Below are positions 36,018 through 48,279 of a stretch of DNA of 64,000 nucleotides, one piece after another. The stretch's first letter is position 1, and each line of letters opens with the position of its first letter. The notes under the pieces were generated by a model, which had not been told where the DNA came from, made no database searches, and worked only from the letters and a program-made list of their open reading frames with translations. The stretch is taken from positions 7,006,001 through 7,070,000 of the forward strand of contig JBHGNT010000010.1 of assembly GCA_043228905.1 (NCBI GenBank), in the 5' to 3' direction. Made by a program: the position numbers and the translations under genes. Origin of the DNA: Azolla caroliniana. Lineage: Eukaryota; Plantae; Polypodiophyta.

Positions 36018-36846
36018 ACTCACTCATTCCTTCTCTCAAAGTTCGACACCTCTCATAGTACTAATCCTTCTCTGTCTTAGTATTATTCCCCAACAATAGT
36101 ACTAATCCTTCTTTTAGTACTAATTCCTTCTCTGCCTTAATAGAGTTCCTGACACCGGCTATGGAAGACCCGGTGAGAACCGGATGAGGAGTACCCGGCT
36201 ACGGATGACCCGGTGAGAACCAGATGAGGAGTACCCGGCAATAGCCGGATGATGAAGACCCGGTGAGAACCGGATGAAGAGTACCCGGCAAGAGCCGGAT
36301 GGCGAAGGCCCGGTGAGAAGCGCTCACCGGATGAAGGGACATATTCGTAAATATGTTTCTGAGAGTCCATCGGGGCTATATGTGTAAATAGCCGAAAAGT
36401 CATATTAGTATAAATATGACTTAGGGCAAAATCTTTTAGTGTTGTTGTCATTCTTGTTGGCGCAAGATTAGAGCGTGCAACTATATACAGAGAGAGTGAG
36501 AGAGAGGAAGAGGTCGTTGCCTCTGATTGTAACCGTCGCTTGTGGCGAAGATAGCAAGCTCGAGGTCGTGGCCTCGGTGCTTTCTTATTGTACATTCTGA
36601 TATAGTGATAGTTTGCGGTCTGTGGGTTGCCGTGGTTTTTCCCGAGTTTGGGTTTTCCACGTAAACATCCTGTGTACTCTTCTCTCTATCGTGTTGTCCT
36701 TTCATTCCCTATTTTCTGTGTTTTATTCTAGGCTCGGTTGTGGCCGAGCGTTGTTCATCGGGAGCGTGTAGTTCCTGTCAAATCGCAACAACAAAAACAA
36801 ATTCGCTTCTTCTTCTTCTTCCCCTCTCCACTCTTGCTCTTCTCTC

Positions 36847-37048
36847 TTTTTTTTCTTTTTTTTTTATCATAACTATCTTACCCTAGTGGTACATCTTGGG
36901 TTCGATACCCAATTTCCTCACCTCTCTATTTTATACTTCATACATATCTCTTAATTCACTAGATGCCACTATGAAATGTAGGGGTTGAACCCATGACCAC
37001 CTGGTCTCCATTGGGCAACCTTACCAATTGAGCTACATCCATCTGGGC
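36847..37048 (-). mobile_element. tRNA-derived SINE (~200 bp)
   Basis: Minus strand shows A-box TAGCTCAATTGG, B-box GGTTCAACCC and a poly(A) tail (T-run 36847-36865). Near-perfect TSD CTTGCT(C)TTCTCTC at 36833-36846 and from 37049. Confidence 0.8.
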
Positions 37049-37186
37049 CTTGCTTCTCTCTCTCTCTCTCTCTCTCTTCTTAATGGTTTCTTGCCCACAT
37101 TGTGCTTCTAATTGAACATATACAAAGCACCTCACATTCTACATTCATCTTGTGCAATAGATCTTTGTTCCCCTCCATCCAACAAT

Positions 37187-37226
<40 letters not shown>

Positions 37227-39900
37227 ACATATCTCAAGGATGCAAGAGGATACGCAAATGTATAGTCGTTCTTCTTGCGATGAAAAAGATCTGGACCAAT
37301 TTGGGAAGTTACTCCTACAAATGTGCAATAGTACCAGATTGCTTATTGCAAATGGTATTTCCTTATGGCCCAACACTAATGCTTTTACATGTAGAAAACA
37401 CAACAAAAATAGTGTGATTGACTATGTGCTACTTTCCGAAGGTATTTTGGATCGTATACATAAATTCTCACTTGGTGAATGGACACCGGAATCCGATCAT
37501 AGGCCTTTATGTATTGATCTCAAATGTATGCATAGGTTTGATTGTGAGAAGGCTATTGAAGATAATAAACAACCGCACTTGAGCATGAACCTTAAGCGAG
37601 CGCCCATGTATTCCAAGATGGTTGAGGATATGTTACAAATGACAAAGATACAACATGGTGCCACACTAGAATGCAAATGGGAAGCTTTCAAGAAAGTCAT
37701 TCTCTCTTGTACAAACAAATGTTTTTCAACCAACCGCACATCTTGGAAATGCACCAAGAAACTTAGGAAAAACAAGTTTGATAAAGAATGTCGTGAAGCT
37801 CGAAAGTGCCTTATGGTTTTGGATGTAGTTAAGGATAAAGAGAATTACCAAAGGCATTTGCATGAGTATAAAAGGCTTATTCAAAGAAAGAGAAGAATAT
37901 GGGAAGTTACGCAACAATTTATCCAAATTTAAGAGAAAGCACACGCATGTGCTAATTTTTGGGGAAATCTAAAGGGGAAATGTGTTGAGAGTTATGGTGA
38001 CTTAACTCTTCAGGACTTGTCTATGCAATGCATAGGATTTAAGAAATTGGCCTCTCGAAAGACAAGTGATCTTCAATGTATAAAGGCTGAAATGCTCAAA
38101 TGGACGGGAAAGGAAGCACATGTATGGATAAGCGATATGTTTAATGATGCATTGTAACATGGTATGTCGTATGATTGGACTACAAATTGGATCAAACCTT
38201 TACATAAAGGTGGAGATGTAAATAATGTAAACAACTATTGAACCATCATGGTTGGCTCATTAATGGCAAAACTTTTTGGATGTATAATGGAATCAAAGAT
38301 AAGTAAGTGTATGGGCTAAAAAAAAATGGTAAGAGAGCTTATGGACAAGTTGGCTTTCGAAAACACCATAGCACCATTGATCACCTTGTCACCCTTCGAG
38401 TATTAATGGAGGAAAGTCGCATTAGAGGTAAAGGTTTATATTTTTGCTTTGTAGACTTCAAGAAAGCTTTCGTATGGTACCTTGTGAGCATCTTTGGAGG
38501 TGAATGGAAGAACTTGAGGTGCCAAGTGAATATATGTTTGCAATTTCCCGAATTTATGAGAAGGTTATATGTTGTATGCGCATGAGAGATAAACTTTCAG
38601 ATTTTTTCAAAAGCACTATTAGTGTTAAGCAAGGATGCCCACTCTCACCAACACTATTTGGTCTATGCATTGATGAATTGGAAGAAATTGTTACCAAGTT
38701 TGCAAAGGAAGAATGTGTTGAAGAAGTTGTCATTGGGAATGTTGTGATTATGCTTTTGCTATATGCAGATGATGTAGTGTTTTTTGCAAATAATTTAGGA
38801 GATGCACAAAAGCTTATGAAGGCATTGGAAAAAAATTGCATGCATACTAAATTAAGTGTCAATAGCTCTAAAACAAAGATTATGCTCGTGAAGAGCCAAA
38901 CAAGAGATAAACCATGCATTATGTACAACAATGAGCCACTTGAATGTGTGGAAAGCTTCAAATATCTTGGCCTTGAAGTTCTTTCAAATCATAAATGGAA
39001 TGGCTTCAAGGCGGGTAAGCAAGCATACTATGCATTTGAGAACACATGCAATCTTGGAGATATTAAGTGTTGGGTCCTCAAGAAATATCTTTTCGACACT
39101 TTGGTGACACCGGTTCTTCTCTATGGGGTGGAAGTATGGGGCGGTAGCATCCCTAAATCTATGTGGAAAGAGTTTGAAAATGTCCAAAAACATTTTCTTA
39201 CAAAGTTTCTACAAGTTAAGAAACAAACGCCCTACACCACCCTCCTCCTCCTTGAGACGGGATTGCTTCCCATTGAGATCATGGCCATGGAAAGGGTTGT
39301 TGAATACATGCTTAAGGTTCAAAAAAGTCCCTCACATCGACTTCCTAGGATTGCATGGGAAGCAAGCAAAAAGATCCAAAAGATGCATAAAAGTAAAATT
39401 TTGTGTTCCGGTTGGATGCAAGATATAGAAAAATGGTTTGGTAGATAGGATGTGAGACACTTGCTTCATGATGCATCATTAGATTCCTCTGTAAATGAGG
39501 CATTTTTGCAACGCCAATGTATCATGACATGGGACAAATGTGGAGGCTCACGCTTCACACATTATACTACACATGTTGCACCTAACTACAAAACCATATT
39601 CTTTGCACAACTGGGAAATCATACACATCGATGCATGTTAGAGCCCATACCGTTATCTGTCATTCGAACTATTGCTTCCATGTGACTTAGCTCACATGCA
39701 TTGCGATGTGAGACAGGGCGTTGGGGCACAAGTGATGAGAGTGGTCGACTATGCACACTTTGCCCTAAACAAGTTCGCGAGTCTGAGTATCACACTTTGA
39801 TACAATGTTCTGCCTTTGATCATATTCGACCATGCTTTCCACATCGCTTCAACCAAGCCCAATCCTTGCATGAATTCCTCTCACAACCTCAATGTGCACT

Positions 39901-40783
39901 CTCGATTGCAACATTCATTGGTAAAGTTCTTGAACATCGAGAGTCACTACTCACTTTCACATGTATCACGTTGTCGTGTGGCGCGTGACACACGTGCCAA
40001 ATGTCAAAATGTGCGCGTCACAAGTGCGGACAAGCACCGGGCCTCTATCCGCTCGTGGTTATGGATGATGGGCGGCTAAAGTGACGCACTAATGTGGTTA
40101 GAGTGAGAGAGAGAGTAACAGAAATTGAGGAAGTTTTTAAGATAGATAGATAGATAGATAGATACACATCACCAATAAGATAACTAAGTTTTCCTCGATT
40201 GCAACATTCATTGGTAAAGTTCTTGAACATCGAGAGTCACTACTCACTTTCACATGTATCACGTTGTCGTGTGGCGCGTGACACACGTGCCAAATGTCAA
40301 AATGTGCGCGTCACAAGCGCGGACAAGCACCGGGCCTCTATCCGCTCGTGGTTATGGATGATGGGCGGCTGAAGTGACGCACTAATGTGGTTAGAGTGAG
40401 AGAGAGAGTAACAGAAATTGAGGAAGTTTTTAAGATAGATAGATAGATAGATAGATACACATCACCAATAAGATAACTAAGTTTTCCTCGATTGCAACAT
40501 TCATTGGTAAAGTTCTTGAACATCGAGAGTCACTACTCACTTTCACATGTATCACGTTGTCGTGTGGCGCGTGACACACGTGCCAAATGTCAAAATGTGC
40601 GCGTCACAAGCGCGGACAAGCACCGGGCCTCTATCCGCTCGTGGTTATGGATGATGGGCGGCTGAAGTGACGCACTAATGTGGTTAGAGTGAGAGAGAGA
40701 GTAACAGAAATTGAGGAAGTTTTTAAGATAGATAGATAGATAGATAGATAGATACACATCACCAATAAGATAACTAAGTTTTC
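39901..40783 (+). repeat. Tandem triplication of a 293-bp unit spanning a LINE/LTR junction
   Basis: Units at 39901-40193, 40194-40486 and 40487-40783. They differ by two substitutions and one GATA unit. Confidence 0.95.
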
Positions 40784-41262
40784 TTATTATTAATTTTCGA
40801 TTTGATACATAGATTGATTCATAGATTGTTTGATTCATCCATTGATTGATCCCCCCCCCCCCATTACACAAGCCTTATGAGGGTTTTTATAGGTTTATCT
40901 ATCCTTCTAACATGCAGAAAACCATGGGCTTGAACCCATGGTTTTTGGGCACACGGTTTTCCTTGTGGCATGCACAAAACCATAGGCTAAAACCATGGTT
41001 TCATGTACACGGTTTTGTATGTTTGTTTCCTATAGAATACTAAATATGAGAAGGAAATAAACAAATCTAAAGCACTTAGTAGTAGCTTTAGTGGTAAGAT
41101 AATTGCTTCCTATCTTAGAAGTGCAAGGTTCAAATCTTGCTTGCACCCTTCTATATGCACTTGAATGTCATTAGACCTTACGCTAATTTTCATATTTATA
41201 ATCATGTGTGTGGAGCCACACTATTTCACAATTTCTCCCATTGGACACAGAACATCACGACA
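39972..41262 (-). mobile_element. TGTCGTG...CACGACA insertion (probable Gypsy solo LTR, ~705 bp without the triplication) with a 4-bp ACGT TSD
   Basis: ACGT at 39968-39971 and 41263-41266. The empty site is confirmed by the homologous LINE copy near 11081 (GTATTACATGAAATG). Homologous to 14734-15510. Confidence 0.85.
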
Positions 41263-41355
41263 ACGTGAAATGTAATATTTTTGGTCTCATAGGTCATATT
41301 TGACCTCCGAAGACGATAATATAATCTATCTATCTCTCTCTCTTAATGGTTTCTT

Positions 41356-44300
41356 TTTTTTTCTTTTTTCTTTTTTCCAAAAAGAAACTCCTTCCATTAG
41401 TTATAAAATTTTACAAATGAGACGATTATGTACAAATCCCTGTAGGGACGCGATAGTTCCATCTTATGTGGATGCCCATTGACTCAAGAAAGGGAGAGGA
41501 CGACCATTGTTGGATGAAGACTATTCATTGTCTTTCAACTCCATCGGAACCGCCCTTGAGGCCATCATATTGGCTCTTAAGAGTGGCTACAATTTCACTC
41601 CATATCTCTTGTAGTAACCTTATTGGATGCGCGATTTGGTTGGAGAAGACTCGTCTACACCGTTGTTTCCATAGAATCCAAAGAGTTATTGGGCTGACCA
41701 ATTCCAACACCTCTTGAGATTTGTCGTTAAGAGGAGTGGAGTGGACATTGCTGCTGGAGGAGAAAAAGACCTCTTGTGCTTTTATCACCAAAGTCATCCC
41801 CTCCTCCTGATGCTCGTATCTGCCAACAACGGTCTACCATGATAGCCAACATATATTTCCCCACTTGATTGAGCCTTGCACCTAGCATAATTGCAACAAG
41901 CGGCCAACCCCCGCCATATTCCATGGGACATTGGGCAGTCCCACAGATCGTGTCGTATTGATTCTACTGCATGTGGGCACTCTACACAATTATGAGAACT
42001 AAGGTTCCCATGTTGCCATGCTCCCACCGGTAGGGACTTATGTATTAATAGCCATTGGAACGTGGTAATTCGCCTCACAGGTTGTTGTTTCTAGATTTTC
42101 TACCAAAACTTGGTGATTATTGTGGGAGGAACTTGAAATGTGTGCCAGACCTTTGCAGCAGCCAGGTCTCAGGCGGTTTGAGCAGCTAGAATGTGGCGAC
42201 CCAATCTAGTTGTGAATTGGAAGAAATGGATGGGTTTGCTTCCTTGCCCCGCGTAAGGATCACGCCATGTCCATTGCGAAGGGTCCCAACTAACCTTACG
42301 TAGCCATGTCTTTTCATGAGTACATATGTGCCAATCAGGTTGTACTTTGATTTGATCAGGATCTACAATCCATTTATGACCAGTATACACGAGTACTCGA
42401 ATTGCGTTATTCTGTGTTGGTGTCTCAATGTCTCGCAATTCAGAGCCTTCGAGCCCATCTGGTGGTCCCCTACCTCTCGGGATCAGAGATCCCTCCTCCT
42501 CGTGGCCTATCCATTTCTCCATTGTCTTCCTTTCAGTAGTAGATTCCCTAATCAGTAGAGCGTTAATGATTTCCGATCTCATAGTCCATCCGCCCCTGAT
42601 TCCATGGAGTATGTTGGCCTGATCTTGTAGTGGCAGTGACATAAACCGTCGCCAACATTCTATACTTTTTCCGGGACCTTCTGCAATGTATCCCCAATGT
42701 ATCCCCATGACAACCCCTTATGTGATCCTAGTAGTTGATTAGATTCATCCTTGATTCATGGGTTCCATAGGATACGTTGACTGAGTCAGGTAGGTTCGGA
42801 TCTCGGTTGATCACCCTTGAGCCCTCGACGAATGTCACACCATGCCTTCCACATGGATGCACTGAATCTATCCTCCAATTGGCGGGAGAAACTAGGTTTG
42901 AGATCCATGTTTAGAATCCATCCCGTTTGGGGGGCCCAATTGACCCCTTTTCATGGCCTAAAGTAAGCGAAACGTAACCGCAATAGCATTTTCCAACAGT
43001 CATTTCCCTGTTGGAGTCCTCGCACCACAAATTTGGCAAGGCTTTCGATTGTGAAAGGGGATCAATAAGACCCAATCCCCCTCTCGACTTAGGCGCTGTG
43101 AGTATATAGGCCACGCCACCTTGGCACGAGCTACATGGTCTTCCTTACCAGACCAAATGTAGTTGCAAACCAATCGTTGAATCTGATGTATACTTTCCTT
43201 GGAGATTGTCCAGCATGATAGATTGTACCATGTTGTTGCGAGTAGTACCTGGTTTGCCACTATGATGCGACCCGCTAGCGACAGTTTTTTCGAACTCCAA
43301 TGTATCAACTTTTGCCGAATGGAATGGATAACGGGTACAATCATAGTCTCTGGCGGTATGTTGAAACCAATTTGGAAACCCAAATATTTGGTGCTCGCTC
43401 CTTGATTGATCCATTTGAAAGCAGGATGTGGGTACCACATCGGATGTGTTTCCTGAGAGAGCCATATTGCGTAGGATTTGTGCCAATTGATCATGGCATT
43501 GGATCTCTTGCAAAATACAACTAGCCCACTTTCTAGCTTTTGGAGGTTTTCCAAGTCCCCTTGCAAGTAGACCGTTGTGTCATCTGCAAATTCTATATCT
43601 AGGATGCTTTGGTGAGAATGAGGTACGGGGGTTGAGATGTCGCGAGTTGAGGAAGCAAGAGAGTGTTTTGGCGTATAATAGAAATAAGGATGGAGCTAGT
43701 GGGCATCCCTATCGTACAGATCGGGATATTCAGAAAAAGGGGCCCCTTTCACTTGCCAGTGAAACGCAATTGCCGTCATTCCTATAAAGTCCTACAATGC
43801 CTTTGATCCATGTCTCTTGAAAGCCGAGTTTCCCCATCACACTTTCTAGAAAGTTCCAGCATACCCTGTCATATGCTTTCTCAAAATCTAGTAGCACCAC
43901 CGCTACCTTGTTGTTGGTACGCTTGGCAAGGGCTATTGCTTCCCAGAATGAGAAGAGGTTGTCTAGGATGCTCCGATTTCTAACAAACCCTGTCTAGGAA
44001 GGATGAATGAGTTAAGGGAGAAGTGGTGTTAAACAGCGTGCCATGATTTTTGCGAGCAACTTATAGACCGTATTGAGAAGAGTTATGGGCCGCCACTTGC
44101 TAATGTCGTTGGCACTCCCACCACTTTTAGTAATGAGATGTATCATCCCTTGTCCAAATTCCTCTGGCATGCTTCCAGAGGTGATGATCTCCTCATATGC
44201 CTGGAGGAGGTCTTCTTTAATAGTGTCCCAAATGCATGTGAAAAAGTGCGGGGTGAGGCCGTCGATTCCAGGGAAACTATCGGCATCTAAATCAGTGAGG

Positions 44301-44530
44301 GCCTCCCATATCTCGATGATTGATAGGGGACGCACAAGCCATGTATTCATTTTCGGCTTGACTTTCTTGGGTATGCTTTGGAGGATAATATCTTCTCTTA
44401 TGTCTTCCCCTGTAGCTATAATGTCTTTGGAGGATAATTGACGGGTAATGACCTTCACCTCTATAAATGTGTAAATAGTGTGTGGGATGCAAGTCTAGAA
44501 TGGGCCCCATAAACCCTAAACCCTAAACCC
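41356..44530 (-). pseudogene. 5'-truncated L1-clade LINE (RT and zf-RVT)
   Basis: PGIDG, WRPITLLNTVYKLLAK, LDFEKAYD, GCPLAP, FADD, KYLG, CVEC...ESIRHDLWDC. Poly(A) tail from 41356. TSD CTCTTAATGGTTT at 41340-41352 and 44531-44543. Confidence 0.9.
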
Positions 44531-44734
44531 CTCTTAATGGTTTATTGCCCACATTGTGCTTCTAATTGAAAATATACAAAGCACCTCACATTCTGCATTC
44601 ATCTTGTGCAATAGATCTTTGTTCCCTCCATCCAACAATGTTCTCAAATATTTCAAGCATAATATTATCCAAATCACTACCCTGTATTGTCTAACTAGGT
44701 CTTAGGTGGTCCTCCTTGATATAGCCATTCAAAA

Positions 44735-44915
44735 AATAGGACATGACTTCCATTTGGTATGTGAGCTAGTTTTGCATCACAAACACTTCCAAGACCATTG
44801 CATCTGTCAAGAAGCTTGTGTTTGAAGTTACATCTTCATAAAAGCATATTTCCTTCTTTTGTATATATCCTTCCGCCACTAGATTCTCCTTATATTTATG
44901 AACATACTCATCAAC
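44735..44915 (-). pseudogene. Very old Copia RT remnant
   Basis: Minus-strand translation VHKYKENLVAEGYIQKKEICFYE...YQMEVMS resembles YKARLVAKGY...HQMDVKS. Confidence 0.45.
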
Positions 44916-47900
44916 CTTGTGGAATTAAGTTTCCCAGAAGGGTTCACCACAAAACATACCTTGGAGTATTGCACTTCCAAGGGTTGCTATAGAATCCCAC
45001 AAGGTTATTTTCCACATTGTGGGTTGAGGGATAGGGGATATCACTTCCCAATGGCAAATATCACATCATTCATCAACACATAAAATCACTTACATCTCCA
45101 ATCCATGCAATTGTGGAATAATTTGTCACTAGGAAAAATTGTAAACATTTTGTAAAGGTGATTTGTTCACATGACTCTTTCTCAAAAATTTGTCAAGATA
45201 TGGATAATTTGTCCTTAGTTGCTAATGAAAAATTGTTAAGTACTGAATATTATTTATCCTTAGGTTAGAAAAGGGCACTTTTAACTAATTTTGTAAATAT
45301 GACCACTTTTCATTGAACTTGGCCTTAAACCTATAACCTTTATGTTGATATCAAATGCTACATTTAGTTGAGCGAGATGCAAAAGTAAGACAAACTATTT
45401 AAAGCAACCAAACCCTCATAACTACTTAACAAAGGAAGTATGATCCTAGTAGAAAATGTGATTCCATAACATGGAACCTAGACTATGTCTTGGCAATTAT
45501 AGTTATCACTCTCAAGAATATCAACACACCACTAAAGAAGATTACCCTTAAGAGTGATTACAAATATTAGCATTAGCCTCATTAACTTCTCAATTAACAA
45601 AGAAACCCACCCCATAAGAGTGATTAACAACCACTTTTACCCATACGCTATCCAGGGGGGGGGTAAACAACAATATGGTGTCTCACTAATAAAGAAATAA
45701 ACTTCTAGTTGAGAGAAGACATGAGGTTAATATAATGCAAATGAGGCAAAGAAGGGGTTGAAATCAATTGCATATGTGGTAAATGACCAAGCTCACCTAT
45801 TAGGCTTCAATGACACGACATGTCATTATAGTCTTGGGTTACATCATCGCGTTATCTAGAATCAAGTCACAGAGTTGGTACTTTCTTTAGTACTTGTGCC
45901 ACCTCTAGATGGATATCATTGGGTTCAAGACTGGATGTTACAAAAAGGAAACATTGTTATTCCAATGAATAAGATTACAACACATTCAATGTATACGTTG
46001 TTGCAATATGGCCTGTGGTTTCACGAACATTGCAAATGCATTGTGGCACATACACAAAACACAGACTTGGTGGAAAATCTAGCTTACAAGCTTATGGAGC
46101 TCTAGCCTTCCACTTGAGCAATGGGTATTCCTATGGAAATGTCTATTGGGTGTGCTCCAGACTGGGTCAAATCTTCAAAAGAGATCAATAGTCTCGCCGC
46201 ATTGTGCAAGATGTGGTGGACGATTGGAAACAGTTCCACACTTATTATAGACTTGCTCATTCACTACAACATTTGTACAAAGATTAAGTGCATCTCTTTC
46301 TCACAGATTTCTTGGCCGAAGGTTTGGGAAACACTTTTGGCTATTTGGACAAATTTCGTGTGCCCTATCAAGTAATGCCTATTTTCTCCAATGGACAAGA
46401 TTTTGGGCACTCTGGACGATTTGGACAACCCGCAATACTAAGGTCTTTGATCGCAACCAACTGCATGAAGTTAGCTTCTTTAAGCAATCCCTCTGGCAAT
46501 CTCTATTTGATTGTTTGCAACTTAGAGACATCACACCGCAAATTTACTCTCTATACTTTGTGTGCTTTTAAGCTCTTTCGTGTCTAATCGACACTTCTAT
46601 ATTTCTCTTTATTCTTTGTGGGTTTTCACCTCACTTTGAGGTTTCCCACGAGTAATAAAAGTGCTACTAACATAATGCACTTAAAGCGTTCTCGCGATAA
46701 AGAATAATCATCATTATCTTCTTCTAATTTTTCATGACCATCTCATTTGTTTGAAATGGGGTTTGAGCTTGAAAGAAGGTTGTTTCCCATGAAAGGGAAA
46801 TTCATAAAGAAATGGTATATAATATAAGACGAGAGTTGTTCATTCTAGCACTTAAAAAGGAGGAAAAACAGTAATATGCTAACCCGCTTTCTCTAAATTC
46901 TCGTATGATTACATGCCACATTGCTCAAGAAGCAGCACAAGGTCCAAATTAGCCACCATCCACGTTCAGACATTCGGTTTATCATTTTGTTCATCCTTAC
47001 ACACTAACTACAGAAATGACTCCATGGAAACTTGCTTGAAACCTCAAGAAGTTTATTGTATTCCATTGAAACGAATCTTATATACAGAAGAACCCCACAT
47101 CAATGATATATTTACGATTATCAAATAAACCCATTGGGTTGGATCCATTATAATCATCTCACACCAACACACCAAATAAAATTTAGATTCTGCATCTACC
47201 ACATCTCACAGATTTATGACACCCAACCAAAACAGTTGATCCTCGTTTTAAGCCATCGCTCGTTACCTTTAGGTTCAAGCTTATGTGCTTGAACCCAACT
47301 TCTCATACACGTGTGGTTGGTTTTCTTCTTAGTAAACGAGAGTGCATTGTTCATTTTGAGTTCTTGAATAACACCATGTTTCACTAAGTGGTAGCATAAG
47401 TACCTCTTTCAATAAAGTGTTCTTCATTTTTTAATCAAGTGTAAGAGTCTTATGTCAAGTGAGCTAGTTTGAGAATGGTTGACTGATTTCCTTGCCTGTC
47501 TCAACAATAGGGTGCTTACCCACTCTCACATCTAGGTTTACGTATAAGACAACCCTGTGCAAATGAGGAAACACACACTTCTTCAGACAAAATCAGTAAT
47601 AGAAGTCTTCCATACATAACATTCTCGACACAAAAAATTCTGGCTGGCATAAATTTACTGCATTGAAGACAAAGGTTAGCGACAAATGTAACTAAGTAGG
47701 GCTTCATGGCATTCTGTGGATAATCTAAACAAGATTTTGAATGATTATCTCTGGCTGGTGCACTGCCTGGAGCCTAGAGTTTTTTACTCGTCTACCTACA
47801 AAAGTAGTTTTTCCAAAAAATTCTGGGGTACACAGTCTCAAACTCATCCTACTAACAATTCCATTATTATAAAGATGAACATGACATGAAATTCCATTTT

Positions 47901-48279
47901 TCTAAGCAATCAATAGAATTCCCTATATAACATGATCATAACAATCTTGAAATGAAAAAAATCACTAGTTCAGTTATATATATTATATCGAATAAGGCAA
48001 CAATAATCTATGCAACCCAGTACTTTTCCCTTTAGAAACCAGTACAAAGGAAGAAGATATAAGGAAATTGATATGGTAAACAAAATTGGGCTTCTCTGAT
48101 ATTTGCCCAAAAGTACTAGGAAGCATTAGCAAGTTAGGTTAGGACCAAAATGAAGGGCTCATAGATCTTATCATCTTCCATGTCCCCAACATAAGACGTG
48201 ATAATGGCACACATCCTATATGATTCATTAACTTGACTGATGGAAATGAAAGTAAGAGGTCCTTACAGGTTTTCCTGCA

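Larger units (their letters stand above)
24809..36154 (+). mobile_element. Ty3/Gypsy chromovirus C (Tcn1/Tf1-sushi-like); its 5' LTR is split by Copia D
   Basis: 5' LTR 24809-25167 plus 30787-30884; 3' LTR 35719-36154; TGTCA...TGACA ends; perfect TSD CCGGC; PPT AAAGGGGGGATAG ending at 35718; C-terminal chromodomain. Confidence 0.95.
19908..36780 (+). mobile_element. Ty1/Copia element A (decayed); its 3' LTR is split by a chromovirus
   Basis: 5' LTR 19908-20622; PBS TGGTATCAGAGC at 20626-20637; PPT at ~24698-24709; 3' LTR 24710-24808 plus 36160-36780; TSD GATCG/AATCG. Confidence 0.95.
37188..41341 (+). mobile_element. RTE/RTEX-like LINE, 5'-truncated and frameshifted, with (CT)n ends and a ~110-bp direct repeat flank
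   Basis: SVIDYVL/ESDH (endonuclease), VDFKKAF, KQGCPLSP, LLYADD, SFKYLG, SHALRCETGRW...CTLC...ESEYHTLIQC. The 3' end resumes at 41267 after an insertion. Confidence 0.85.

Noticed and set aside
45300-45385. Weak tRNA/SINE-like segment
   Set aside because: The boxes are too degenerate and there is no tail or TSD.
45875-46600. Possible decayed transposase-like coding remnant
   Set aside because: No motif could be assigned with confidence; it needs tBLASTx.
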